A stretch of 64,000 nt of DNA from a virus: positions 1 through 64,000 of IMG/VR virus record IMGVR_UViG_3300009365_003824, one strand, 5' to 3'. The position numbers and the translations under genes were made by a program. This document shows, in pieces, positions 1 to 10,105 of the stretch (its first letter is position 1; each line of letters begins with the position of its first letter). The notes under the pieces are model-generated. The model was not told the DNA's origin, did not search any database, and was given only the letters and a program-made list of their open reading frames with translations.

Positions 1-495
1 ATGAAGAAATTTCGAGAATTTTGCCAAGATCAAGTGATTAGCGAAGCCGGTCCAGGCATTGGGGTACCAGGCGCATTGCCGGGTGGTCCTCCAGGCATGG
101 GTGGTCCTCCAGGTATGGGCGGTCCTCCAGGTATGGGCGGTCCTCCAGGTATGGGCGGTCCTATGGGTGGAATGCCACCTGGAATGCCTCCTCCGGGTGG
201 TGGGCTTAATCCTATTGGCGGCGGGCCTCTTGGTAGCGATCCGATGATGGGTGGTCCCGGTGGTGGCGGGCAACAACAAGCCCCCGTAAAGTTAAAACCA
301 TTAGATGTTTGGGGCGTTTTAGAGCGTATTTTGGGAATTGAAGATGGTCAATCAGATCAGAAACAAAAACCACAACAGCAGCAACCTCAACCTCCACAAC
401 CGCCTCAGCAACCGCCAGGACAACCTGGACAACCACCTGGACAACCACCAGGACAACCTGGAATGCCGCCTCAACCTCAACATTTGATGACTTAA
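1..495 (+). CDS. Pro/Gly/Gln-rich low-complexity protein with capsid-targeting-like N-terminus
   Basis: Starts MKKFREF...ISEA; GGPPGM and QPPG repeats flank a short ordered core (LKPLDVWGVLERILG). Confidence 0.7.
   Translation: MKKFREFCQDQVISEAGPGIGVPGALPGGPPGMGGPPGMGGPPGMGGPPGMGGPMGGMPPGMPPPGGGLNPIGGGPLGSDPMMGGPGGGGQQQAPVKLKPLDVWGVLERILGIEDGQSDQKQKPQQQQPQPPQPPQQPPGQPGQPPGQPPGQPGMPPQPQHLMT
82..165 (+). repeat. 18-bp coding tandem repeat GGYGGTCCTCCAGGYATG (GGPPGM) x4 plus partial copy
   Basis: Units at 82, 100, 118, 136; partial at 154. Confidence 0.95.
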
Positions 496-498
496 TAT

Positions 499-527
499 TT
501 GACTTTTACATGCAGTTCAATTAAAAT
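499..527 (+). promoter_or_regulatory. Sigma70-type promoter, probably giving a leaderless mRNA
   Basis: TTGACT-17 nt-TAAAAT; ATG at 534 lies 6 nt after the -10 box; no SD. Confidence 0.7.
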
Positions 528-533
528 CCCTGC

Positions 534-1637
534 ATGGAAACTCTTATTTTTGCCGATATACATATCCATCCTCATAAAAAGCAAGTTGAAAGATTACAGG
601 ATTGTCTTGAAACTTTAGAGTGGGTATTCAAAACTGCCGTCGAACACAATGTCTCCAACATCGTTTGCGTAGGCGATCTCTTTGTCGATAGGCAGAAAAT
701 TGATATTTTAACATATCAACATACTTTCGAGATATTTCAGAAGTATGTTAAACTCAATCCTTTTAACATCTATCTTTTGGTCGGAAACCATGATATGTGG
801 TATTCCGACAACTGGGATGTTACCAGTCTCAAACCTCTCTCAGGACTCGATCACGTTCATGTGATTGACAAGCCTTGCACATTAAATCTGCTTCATTGTC
901 AAGCAGTATCTCAAATAGGCAGAGGCGTTCCTGAATATCCGGTGAGCTTTCTGCCTTACACTGATAATCCCCTAGATGCTCTAGCCACAATAGGCAACGA
1001 CAATGATTTTAAATTGTTGTTTGCTCACCTTGCTATAGATGGTGCGACCCTTAATACCAGAGCCAAAACCCGTAGTGAGGAAATGGTAGAACATGATGGG
1101 GAAATGGTAAAGATTAATTGTGATGTGTTTCAGAACTGGAATCAAGTTTTTCTTGGTCACTATCACGCAGCACAACAAATCACACCAAAAATAGAATATG
1201 TTGGCTCACCACTACAATTGAGCTACGGTGAGGCGTTTGATGAAAAACACGTCATTATTTACAACCACGAAACACACGAGAAGAAATACGTTGTAAATGA
1301 ATTTAGTCCCAAACACTTTATTTATACGGCAACCGAAGCACAAGACATTGATCCAGAAGGCGGATTTCTGAAAATCTTGACAGAAAGCCTCACCGATCCC
1401 GAAAACATAGACCTACAAAACAAGCTGTCGCCTCATTTTAAAGAGGTTAAAGTAGAGGCATTCAAGAAACGAAAGACAGAACAGGAAGAAGAAACCATAG
1501 AGGTTGCAAGGTCCATCTTGAACGACGAAGAAAAGATGGCTGAAAAATATCTCGATTGGAAAGGGACAAACGATTTAGACAAAGCTATTTTATTAAAGGT
1601 CTTTAATGAAATACGCAAGAGAACAACGAATGTCTAA
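534..1637 (+). CDS. Mre11/SbcD-type metallophosphoesterase nuclease (T4 gp47-like)
   Basis: DIH, GDLF, GNHD, GHYH, YVGSP motifs; next to Rad50-like gene. Confidence 0.93.
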   Translation: METLIFADIHIHPHKKQVERLQDCLETLEWVFKTAVEHNVSNIVCVGDLFVDRQKIDILTYQHTFEIFQKYVKLNPFNIYLLVGNHDMWYSDNWDVTSLKPLSGLDHVHVIDKPCTLNLLHCQAVSQIGRGVPEYPVSFLPYTDNPLDALATIGNDNDFKLLFAHLAIDGATLNTRAKTRSEEMVEHDGEMVKINCDVFQNWNQVFLGHYHAAQQITPKIEYVGSPLQLSYGEAFDEKHVIIYNHETHEKKYVVNEFSPKHFIYTATEAQDIDPEGGFLKILTESLTDPENIDLQNKLSPHFKEVKVEAFKKRKTEQEEETIEVARSILNDEEKMAEKYLDWKGTNDLDKAILLKVFNEIRKRTTNV

Positions 1638-1902
1638 ATTAGATTTTATCCAAGTATGTTTGAGTCACGGAATACCAGAGGAAAACGCACAAGAGGCATG
1701 GACAAGATTAAGCAACCTAAAGGTCAAAATTCGCAAGAATTGGGATTTAATTGAACAAATGCGAGAAAGAGAACCCACCGAAAGGCTGACACTTAGGAAA
1801 GTGGCGGCTGAAATGGGGATCGAATACACGCCTTCGGAGGTTGATAACCTGATAGATGTTATAGGAATAATTCAGGATCAAATGGAATATGAGGAAAATT
1901 AG
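1630..1902 (+). CDS. hypothetical protein
   Basis: Fills the gap between gp47- and gp46-like genes with short overlaps; ATG 1630 preferred over 1606. Confidence 0.7.
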   Translation: MSKLDFIQVCLSHGIPEENAQEAWTRLSNLKVKIRKNWDLIEQMREREPTERLTLRKVAAEMGIEYTPSEVDNLIDVIGIIQDQMEYEEN

Positions 1903-3871
1903 TTTCAAATACATCAAAGCAGTTAATTTCTTATGCTTTGGACCTGAAGGAATAGAAATCCATTTCGATGATTATGGAAATGTAATCCAAGTCTTTGGTT
2001 TGGTGGTTGAAACCGGCAGAAGTAACGGATCTGGTAAAAGCACAATACCAGAAATAGCCACCTATGCGCTGTATGGCAAAACAATAAAGCCACACAATAA
2101 AATTAAAACCAATATATTTCATAACAAAGTTGGCAACAAACTGCATGTTGAGGTTCATTGGGACAAATACAAGGTCATTCGTAAACGAAAGCCCGACAAG
2201 CTGGAATTATACGAATTAGTAGATGGTCAGTGGAAAGACATCAGCCGAGGATCGGGTAAAATTGCCACCCAAGATTTAATTATATCCAAAATAGGCATGA
2301 ACTATGAGACATTTGTTAATGTCGTCATGTTTACCGATAAAAATGATGAAGCATTCTTAGAATGTGAACTTGCTGATAAACGAAAAATTGCTGAGAATTT
2401 ATTGTCCCTTGAAAAATACAGGATGTATGCCAATACCGTCAAGGAAATGCGAAAAGACCTGAAAGATGAATTAAAAGTCTTGATAAGAGACTACGAAAGG
2501 ATGACTTTAGATCGTGATTCCGCTGCTGCTAGGATACAGTCAGTTGAAAATCAAAACGAACAGTGGGTTTCTAATCTTAAATTTGAAATGAAGCAATTGA
2601 TGGAGAAGATTAAATCTCTAAAAACTGAGATGCAAACCACAGATGAGGGGGCGGCTCTTTTGGCTTGGCAAAAAGCTCAAGACAGTATTGCTAGGATACG
2701 CCTTGAAATCGAAGATTGTGAGGGCAAAAAAGCAGAGTCAAATGAGATGCATCAAAAACTTCAAACTAAAAGAGATTCTTACTCCACAGCGGCTCACAAA
2801 ATTAAACTTGATATTCAAACCATACAACAAGAGATAGAGCGAGCCAATAAAGAGATCGCATCGGACATGGCCTTTATCGAGGGTATAGCAGACAAAAAAG
2901 GAACACGTTGTCCTGCTTGTTTGGGTTTGGTAGGGGAAGACAACCACAATCATGCTGTAAATTCCCGCAAAGATAACCTAGCACAATTAGAGTTTCTAAT
3001 TGAAACCCACAAGAGCACCCTTGCAGACAAAGATAAAGAGGCGACTGACAAAGAAGGTGTCATTAAAAAAATCAGAATGCATATAGCAGTCCTTGAAGGC
3101 AGCAGGGGCGAGATAGACGCTAGAATCAGTAAGTTAAATCAAGAGCTTGCTCGCTTCTCCAAAGTCCCTCGACCCGAAGGTGACAACGTAGCACTGCTTT
3201 TGGAGAAGGAAATAGATCAATTAAAGAAAGAGTTGATAAAGAAGAAGGGTGCTTTTGATAGCGGCAAGACTCCCTATACGCAAATTTTAGAAGATGCACG
3301 TAACGAATTGCAAACCAAAGAAACCGAATGTGCGGATAAGAAGAAAGATTTAGAAGAGAAAGAATCGCTCTTACCCTACTATGATTACTGGTTTGAAGGA
3401 TTTGGCGATACTGGGATACGAAAGCTGATTATTTCTGATGTTGTTCCAGCTTTGAACGAAAGTATTGCTCGTTGGATTAATGTTTTGTTGGATGGAGCCT
3501 ACAGTTTGAAATTAGACAGTGAATTAAACGAGACAATTGAAAGAAATCCCGCTGATGGCGATCCGTTTGTCTATCACGCTATGTCTCGTGGAGAACAGAG
3601 AACTTTGAACCTATCCATCTCCCGTGCCTTCGCTCATGTGATGGCATTAAGTTGGGGATGTATACCATCTTTTATCTTCCTAGATGAAGTGGGTTCCAAT
3701 ATTGATGAAATCGGTAAAGAGTCTGTTTATAAGATGATTTTAGAATTATCTCAAGAGCAACAAGTGTTCGTAACGACACACGATAAGCAGCTACAGGATT
3801 TATTAAAAGGCCACAGTGAGGTTCATCTTAGAAGAGAAAATGGCTTTACAATTCTCTCAAATGAAAATTAA
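1889..3871 (+). CDS. Rad50/SbcC-type SMC ATPase (T4 gp46-like)
   Basis: Walker A NGSGKST, coiled coils with CPAC zinc hook, MSRGE signature, FLDE Walker B, VTTH. Confidence 0.95.
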   Translation: MRKISFKYIKAVNFLCFGPEGIEIHFDDYGNVIQVFGLVVETGRSNGSGKSTIPEIATYALYGKTIKPHNKIKTNIFHNKVGNKLHVEVHWDKYKVIRKRKPDKLELYELVDGQWKDISRGSGKIATQDLIISKIGMNYETFVNVVMFTDKNDEAFLECELADKRKIAENLLSLEKYRMYANTVKEMRKDLKDELKVLIRDYERMTLDRDSAAARIQSVENQNEQWVSNLKFEMKQLMEKIKSLKTEMQTTDEGAALLAWQKAQDSIARIRLEIEDCEGKKAESNEMHQKLQTKRDSYSTAAHKIKLDIQTIQQEIERANKEIASDMAFIEGIADKKGTRCPACLGLVGEDNHNHAVNSRKDNLAQLEFLIETHKSTLADKDKEATDKEGVIKKIRMHIAVLEGSRGEIDARISKLNQELARFSKVPRPEGDNVALLLEKEIDQLKKELIKKKGAFDSGKTPYTQILEDARNELQTKETECADKKKDLEEKESLLPYYDYWFEGFGDTGIRKLIISDVVPALNESIARWINVLLDGAYSLKLDSELNETIERNPADGDPFVYHAMSRGEQRTLNLSISRAFAHVMALSWGCIPSFIFLDEVGSNIDEIGKESVYKMILELSQEQQVFVTTHDKQLQDLLKGHSEVHLRRENGFTILSNEN

Positions 3872-3874
3872 TAC

Positions 3875-3902
3875 TTGAATAAATTCTGCGTGTCACTATA
3901 CT
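3875..3902 (+). promoter_or_regulatory. possible sigma70-type promoter for nrdJ-pyrG
   Basis: TTGAAT-16 nt-TATACT. Confidence 0.45.
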
Positions 3903-3997
3903 TACGAATCGTTCCAATTAATAGTGGATATTTTTGATTCATAACACTTACATATCTTCTACCGTGTTACTTAGAATGTGAATCTGAAAGGGTGATT

Positions 3998-6199
3998 ATG
4001 TCAATTAAGGCTTTGCAGAATTATACCTATTATTCAAGGTATGCTTGTTATAAAGAGAATGAAAAGAGACGTGAAACGTGGTCAGAAGCAGTAGACCGCA
4101 TGATGGATATGCACCTTAGAAAATATCCTGATATGGGAGAGGAAATTGAATGGATTAGACCACTGATAAAGGAAAAAAGATTCTTAGGATCGCAGCGAGC
4201 ATTGCAGTTCGGCGGTCATCCCATCGAAAAGAAAAATGCTAGGCTTTACAATTGCAGTTTTAGCTACTGTGATAGGCCACGTTTTTTTCAAGAAGCTCTA
4301 TGGATGCTCCTGTGTGGCTCCGGTGTCGGTTTCTCCATGCAGAAGCATCATGTAGATAAACTTCCAGAAATTAGAGGCGTAGATAACACGGATGTTGAAA
4401 CCTTCATCATACCTGATTCTATTGAAGGTTGGTCAGATGCTTTAGGAATATTAGTGGCAACTTATATGCCACACGCTGATTACCCAGACTGGTATGGGAA
4501 AACAGTAAGATTTGATTTTGATGAAATTAGACCTGCTGGATCTTACCTGTCCTCTGGCGTCGGTAAAGCCCCCGGCCCTGAACCTCTACGCAAGTCTCTA
4601 GTTAAAATCAGAGACTTGTTAGAATTGTGTGTTGAAGAAGGCCGCACTAAATTAAGACCAATTGATGCTTATGATATTGTCATGCACGCATCTGACGCTG
4701 TTTTGAGTGGAGGAGTGCGAAGATCAGCCACCATTTGTTTGTTTAGTCTTGACGATGAAGAAATGATAGCCGCCAAGACTGGCAACTGGTTTTATGAAAA
4801 CCCGCAACGTGCCCGTTCAAACAACTCAGTAGTGCTCATAAGAGGCGAAACATCCAAAGAGGATTTCCTCAATATAATTGGGGCGGTTCGTGAATATGGC
4901 GAACCAGGGTTCTTTTGGACCGATGATCTAGAAGCTGGGTTCAATCCTTGTGGAGAAATAGGTCTTTTCGCCAAGAATGAACAAGGTGAATCTGGTTGGC
5001 AAGTTTGCAACCTTTGTGAAATTAATGGTAAGAAAATAAGATGCGAAGAAGACTTTGCATTAGCAGCCAGAGGCGCAGCAATTCTTGGAACACTTCAAGC
5101 TGGTTACACTGATTTTGAATATCTTGGACCCATCTCAGAGTCTATAATTCGTAAAGAGGCTTTATTGGGGGTTTCTATTACTGGAATGATGGACAATCCA
5201 GATATTATTTTCGATCCAGACACACAAAAGAAAATGGCTCGGCTTGTTGTTAAGACTAATAAATGGATGGCAAAAAAGATCGACATCAATCCAGCAGCTA
5301 GAACCACTTGTGTAAAACCTGCGGGAACTACATCCTGTGTTTTAGGCACAGCCAGTGGTATTCACCCACACCACGCTAGAAGATACTTTAGGCGGGTTCA
5401 AGGCAATTCACTTGAACCCGTTTTAGGTTATTTCAAATCATACAACTCAGTTGCAGTTGAAGGCAGCGTGTGGGCAGCAAACAAGACAGATGAAGTTATT
5501 ACCTTTTGTGTTGAGGTTCCTGACGGAGCGAAAACAAAGAACCAGATTTCCGCCATCGATCTTCTTGAACATGTTAAATCTACACAGAGACATTGGGTAG
5601 AAAGCGGCAAGGTTGCTGATAATTGCAGTCAGCCTTGGTTGTCCCACAATGTCTCTAATACAATTAATATCCGAGATGATGAGTGGGACGACGTAGCAGA
5701 CTATATCTATAAGAACAGAAAGTGGTTTGCGGGAATCTCTTTATTGCCAGCATCAGGTGATTTAGATTATCCTCAAGCCCCGATGGTAAAGGTTAAGCTG
5801 CCTACGGAAGTCCTAAGAGAATATGGAGATGGGGCGTTAATGGCGTCGGGTTTAGTAGTAGATGGATTACATGCTTTTGGTAATAATCTTTGGGCTGCAT
5901 GTGATGCTGTAATGGGTCTTGGAGATGAATTAATAGAACCCAGTAATGGAGAACACCGTTATTGGGAAAAGAAAATGGATTGGGTAAGAAGAATGAGACA
6001 GTTCGCTGATAGGTATTTAAATGGTGATCTTAAAAAGACCACTTATTTACTTAAAGATGTGAATAATTGGAAGCATTGGTTGGATTTAAACCGTGAATAC
6101 AAAGATGTTCCCTACGACCAATTCATTGAAGAAGAAAACAACGTAGAATTGAAGGAAACCGTGGCTTGTGCTGGTGGTGTTTGTGAATTGCATGTCTGA
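3998..6199 (+). CDS. nrdJ: Class II (adenosylcobalamin-dependent) ribonucleotide reductase
   Basis: RRETWSE, LYNCSF, GGVRRSA, NPCGEI active-site loop, VKPAGT, C-terminal CAGGVC; no beta subunit nearby. Confidence 0.9.
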   Translation: MSIKALQNYTYYSRYACYKENEKRRETWSEAVDRMMDMHLRKYPDMGEEIEWIRPLIKEKRFLGSQRALQFGGHPIEKKNARLYNCSFSYCDRPRFFQEALWMLLCGSGVGFSMQKHHVDKLPEIRGVDNTDVETFIIPDSIEGWSDALGILVATYMPHADYPDWYGKTVRFDFDEIRPAGSYLSSGVGKAPGPEPLRKSLVKIRDLLELCVEEGRTKLRPIDAYDIVMHASDAVLSGGVRRSATICLFSLDDEEMIAAKTGNWFYENPQRARSNNSVVLIRGETSKEDFLNIIGAVREYGEPGFFWTDDLEAGFNPCGEIGLFAKNEQGESGWQVCNLCEINGKKIRCEEDFALAARGAAILGTLQAGYTDFEYLGPISESIIRKEALLGVSITGMMDNPDIIFDPDTQKKMARLVVKTNKWMAKKIDINPAARTTCVKPAGTTSCVLGTASGIHPHHARRYFRRVQGNSLEPVLGYFKSYNSVAVEGSVWAANKTDEVITFCVEVPDGAKTKNQISAIDLLEHVKSTQRHWVESGKVADNCSQPWLSHNVSNTINIRDDEWDDVADYIYKNRKWFAGISLLPASGDLDYPQAPMVKVKLPTEVLREYGDGALMASGLVVDGLHAFGNNLWAACDAVMGLGDELIEPSNGEHRYWEKKMDWVRRMRQFADRYLNGDLKKTTYLLKDVNNWKHWLDLNREYKDVPYDQFIEEENNVELKETVACAGGVCELHV

Positions 6200-6210
6200 G
6201 GAAAGAAAAA

Positions 6211-7833
6211 ATGAAATCAATTATAGTCTGCGGTGGTGTCATCAGCGGAACTGGCAAAGGTATAGCAGCAGCATCTATCGGGCTGTTATTGAAATTAAGA
6301 GGTCAAAGTGTCCAATTAATTAAATTTGATCCATATTTGAACATCAATGCTGGTATTTTAGCTCCTCGTGAGCATGGGGAGTGCTTTCTGTGTGATGATG
6401 GCACAGAAACCGATTTAGATTTAGGCCATTATGAGCGAATTGTTGGGACCACAGTTTCCAAAGACAACATCTGCACATCTGGGACTATTTACAAAGAGTT
6501 GATTGAGGAACAAGAAGACGGCAAATACTTGGGGGACACCATTCAGGTGATCCCCCATGTTACTGACAAAATACAGAATCGCCTCTATAATTTAGGCAAA
6601 ACTTCTGACATTGTTATTGCTGAAATTGGCGGCACAGTAGGCGATACAGAATCGGGGCAGTTCTATCACGCTATAGCTAATTTTAAACAACGAAATTGGG
6701 ACGACTGCATCATTGCAATGGTCGCCCCGATACTTTGGATACCCACTATAAAAGAATTTAAAACAAAGCCCTTACAGGCTGCTGTGAAAGGCTTGCAGAG
6801 TTTTGGTATCCAACCAGAGATGTTGCTCTGTCGAGTGGACAGGCCGGTGCCTGACAATATATTAAATAAGGTTGCTAACCTGACCAACGTGCCCCGCGAG
6901 GCTGTGTTTGATGCCCCAGATGTTTCTACAATCTATAAGGTTCCCATTGAATTCTACAACAGGCATATTGATGATTTTGTTGCCGATAAATTTCGCATAA
7001 AAAGGACTGGTTGTAGAATCCACAAATATCGGGATTTAGTGGAAAAACATGCTGAAGTTACATCATGCGACGAAAGCGACACCCATGTATGCATTGGAAT
7101 TGTGGGTAAATATGAAAACTGCGATGAGGCTTACATTAGTCTAAAAGACGCCTTGTATCATGCAAGCGTAGCAAACGACATTAAGGTGGATATTAAATGG
7201 ATTAATGCAGAAACCCTTGAAAACTACAAGGACATGAGGGGGTTCAACAACCACTTTGGTGATGTAGATGGTGTGATTGTTCCTGGTGGTTTTGATGCGA
7301 GAGGGATAGAAGGCAAAATCAAGGCAACTAAATACTGTCGTGAAAAGAAGATCCCGTTTTTAGGTATTTGTTTAGGTTTGCAGTGTGCTGTAATTGAATA
7401 TGCTCGTTTAATGGGGGCAGAAACCGCCAATAGTCAAGAGTTCGATCCTGATACTGAGTTTCCTGTAGTTCATCTCATGGAAGAACAGAAGGCCGTCAAA
7501 AAGAAATCAGCTACAATGCGACTTGGAGCTTATGATTGTGCTTTAGCTAAAGACAGTCTTGCTCACGAGTTGTATAAAAAGAAAAACATTAGTGAAAGGC
7601 ACCGCCATAGATATGAAGTCAACGCTGATTTAGTCAATGAGTTTCCTGATTTTAACATTTCAGGATTGAATCCTCAAAGGAACCTAGTGGAGATCATGGA
7701 ACTAAAACGTGAGGTTCACCCTTATTTCATAGGGACGCAGGCTCATCCAGAGTTTAAAAGCAGATTAGACAAGCCAGCACCATTATTTAATGGTCTTGTG
7801 AAAGCAGCCATTCAAAAACGTAGAGAAGGTTAA
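6211..7833 (+). CDS. pyrG: CTP synthase
   Basis: GGVISGTGKG, ETDLDLGHYER, EIGGTVGD, KTKPLQ, GICLGLQ, ERHRHRYE, QAHPEF. Confidence 0.97.
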   Translation: MKSIIVCGGVISGTGKGIAAASIGLLLKLRGQSVQLIKFDPYLNINAGILAPREHGECFLCDDGTETDLDLGHYERIVGTTVSKDNICTSGTIYKELIEEQEDGKYLGDTIQVIPHVTDKIQNRLYNLGKTSDIVIAEIGGTVGDTESGQFYHAIANFKQRNWDDCIIAMVAPILWIPTIKEFKTKPLQAAVKGLQSFGIQPEMLLCRVDRPVPDNILNKVANLTNVPREAVFDAPDVSTIYKVPIEFYNRHIDDFVADKFRIKRTGCRIHKYRDLVEKHAEVTSCDESDTHVCIGIVGKYENCDEAYISLKDALYHASVANDIKVDIKWINAETLENYKDMRGFNNHFGDVDGVIVPGGFDARGIEGKIKATKYCREKKIPFLGICLGLQCAVIEYARLMGAETANSQEFDPDTEFPVVHLMEEQKAVKKKSATMRLGAYDCALAKDSLAHELYKKKNISERHRHRYEVNADLVNEFPDFNISGLNPQRNLVEIMELKREVHPYFIGTQAHPEFKSRLDKPAPLFNGLVKAAIQKRREG

Positions 7834-7839
7834 TAAATA
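7834..7839 (+). promoter_or_regulatory. gp55-type late promoter box TAAATA
   Basis: 5 nt before ATG 7845; same spacing recurs at five other genes. Confidence 0.6.
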
Positions 7840-7844
7840 ATAAC

Positions 7845-8408
7845 ATGACAATGCAATTTAAAGACTTTCTTCTGAATGAAAACAGGGTCTATTTGGGCCA
7901 AAAAATAGGCGATATTTTAAGCGCTGTGCATGATTTACAGCAAGATGAACCGGGTATGGGCGAGCGACACTATGTTCGATTTGCTGAGAAGGTGGTTACA
8001 GCGATCAGGAGGGTTCTGCATAGTCCTTGGCCTAGAAGTGAACAACAGTATTTAAAAGACTTGCAGAAAATAGGGGTAGCTTTAGCTAAGACGATTGACG
8101 AAAAAGGCGAATTAAAACAAATTATGCCTAGCATAAAGACGGAGTTAGAGCAATTATCTGGTAAATTAGGAATGCCTGTTAATCAAATGGGCGTGCAACA
8201 AGGTGCTGAACCAGCACAATTGCCTGATGAAACACCAGAAGGGGACACAGCCCCAGAGCAACAACAGCAACAACAGCAGCCGCCCAATCCTCCAATGGAA
8301 CCTCAAATAGGAGGTCAACCTCCTATGCCTGGGACACCAGGACAGCCGCCAATGCCTGGGCAAGGTCAGCCCCCTCAGCAACCACCAATGGGGCAACCTC
8401 AATTTTAA
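7845..8408 (+). CDS. capsid-targeting-like N-terminus protein with Pro/Gln-rich tail
   Basis: MTMQFKDFLLNE start; PPMPG/QQQ C-terminus. Confidence 0.75.
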   Translation: MTMQFKDFLLNENRVYLGQKIGDILSAVHDLQQDEPGMGERHYVRFAEKVVTAIRRVLHSPWPRSEQQYLKDLQKIGVALAKTIDEKGELKQIMPSIKTELEQLSGKLGMPVNQMGVQQGAEPAQLPDETPEGDTAPEQQQQQQQPPNPPMEPQIGGQPPMPGTPGQPPMPGQGQPPQQPPMGQPQF

Positions 8409-8417
8409 GGGGTTCCT

Positions 8418-9413
8418 ATGAAAGTGGTTTTAATTTTAGAGGGACTCAAGGGCGCATGTCCATTCTACAGATCCGTAGGCCCATTTAAGCGATTAGCCAA
8501 TAATATGGACCTAAAGGTTAGTGTTGTTGATATTTCTCAAGATGATAAACCTCTCTGGATGCACATAACAGATGCATCAGTGGTTTATTTTGAAAGACCA
8601 GTAACCCCTAAGATGCTAGAGTATTTTAGAGAAACAAGTGACATAGGAATTAAGACCTGGGTTGATTATGATGATAATTTAATGAATATACCTTCATGGA
8701 GAGCAGATGCAAGTCTGAATGTCCAACGAGGAAAGGTAATGAGAGAGTGTGCTAAATATGCTGATTTAGTGACTGTTTCAACCACTCCTTTAAAGAGAAT
8801 GTTTGATCGATTAGGTGAGACGGCACATGTGGTCCCTAATGCTTTTGATGATTTTCTTTTAAAAGATGGGTTTAAGATTTCTAACAAAAAAATGATTTTT
8901 TGGAGGGGTTCTGACACTCACGACAAAGACTTAGACATTCTTTTTGAAGCATACAGAAAAATTCACCCACTTCATAGTGATTGGTTATGGGTCGTAATTG
9001 GAGGAGGCGATCAATCATTCCTCAGAAACAAGAAGGGAACCATGTGTGTAGATTACAACCCTTCTTTGTTGGGCTATTTTAAAAAAACTCTAAATATAGG
9101 CCCAAGTATTTTGTTGTATCCCCTGGAAGATCACTTTTTTAATTATTGTAAATCAAATATAGCTTGGTTGGAAGCAACTTATTTTGGAGCAGTCACGGTG
9201 GCTCCTAATTTTTCAGAATGGAGCAAGAAAGGATGTATCCTAAACTATAAGGAACCCCAAGACATCCCAGAACGTATAATTAGGCTAATAGAAAATAGAG
9301 AATTAAGACACAGGCTGTATGTTAATTCTCGTAGGTTTATCAAAAAGAACTTGGTAATTGATGAAGTCAACAAAATAAGAAAGAGATTGTTAGGTGAATT
9401 ATGTCAAAATTAA
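8418..9413 (+). CDS. GT-B type glycosyltransferase
   Basis: DYDDNL, ADLVTVST, VVPNA, WRGS.TH..DL, PLEDHFFNYCKSNIAWLE. Confidence 0.8.
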   Translation: MKVVLILEGLKGACPFYRSVGPFKRLANNMDLKVSVVDISQDDKPLWMHITDASVVYFERPVTPKMLEYFRETSDIGIKTWVDYDDNLMNIPSWRADASLNVQRGKVMRECAKYADLVTVSTTPLKRMFDRLGETAHVVPNAFDDFLLKDGFKISNKKMIFWRGSDTHDKDLDILFEAYRKIHPLHSDWLWVVIGGGDQSFLRNKKGTMCVDYNPSLLGYFKKTLNIGPSILLYPLEDHFFNYCKSNIAWLEATYFGAVTVAPNFSEWSKKGCILNYKEPQDIPERIIRLIENRELRHRLYVNSRRFIKKNLVIDEVNKIRKRLLGELCQN

Positions 9414-10105
9414 CGTATGTGATTACTTATTACAATCAACCATTCATCGAAAAACAGCTAGAACTATGGTCTTCTTATCCCTCGGATGTTTTATCTCAAT
9501 TGGAATTTGTAATGGTGGATGATGGTTCTAAAACTAGACCATTGGCCCCCATAGTGAGACCCTATAAAAACAAACTTTCAATCAAGTTGTTTGTGATTAC
9601 TAAAGATATTTATTGGAACATCCCTGGTGCAATTAATTTGGGAATGTGCATGACTAATACTCCTTGGGCATTTCACGCAGACGTAGATAATTGGGTTGCA
9701 GCCGAGTCTATGTCTGAAATAATGGATGCTATAGAAAACGAGGAGAATGAATTATATGATTTTGTAGTTCATATAGGCGAAAGGGTGGCCAACAACACAT
9801 CTTCTTTTCTTTTGACTAGGGATTTGTTTTGGAAAATAGGGGGATATGACGAGGATTTTTCTGGACAATATGGACATGATGATATATATTTTAAATATGA
9901 ATGCGAATTTCGAGGACATAAATCTGTGCCTTTGCATGATATTAAAATAAATATGATATATGAAGGCAGAGTGGTTGAATTAGATAACCCGGAAGACAAA
10001 GAATCAGAACCTTCAAGACTGATGCTTCAAGACAAAAAAGAACCTTATAAACCCCATAGGCCCAAAAGGATTTTGAGGTTTCCGTGGAAGCAAATCATCC
10101 TTTAA
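9401..10105 (+). CDS. GT2/GT7-like glycosyltransferase
   Basis: VDDGS, DVD, FWKIGGYDEDFSGQYGHDD. Confidence 0.85.
   Translation: MSKLTYVITYYNQPFIEKQLELWSSYPSDVLSQLEFVMVDDGSKTRPLAPIVRPYKNKLSIKLFVITKDIYWNIPGAINLGMCMTNTPWAFHADVDNWVAAESMSEIMDAIENEENELYDFVVHIGERVANNTSSFLLTRDLFWKIGGYDEDFSGQYGHDDIYFKYECEFRGHKSVPLHDIKINMIYEGRVVELDNPEDKESEPSRLMLQDKKEPYKPHRPKRILRFPWKQIIL

Noticed and set aside
3903-3997. NrdR box or cobalamin riboswitch upstream of nrdJ
   Set aside because: No convincing consensus match, and the leader is too short for the riboswitch.
3998-6199. Intein or intron in the ribonucleotide reductase
   Set aside because: Continuous ORF of normal length with no splice-junction or endonuclease motifs.
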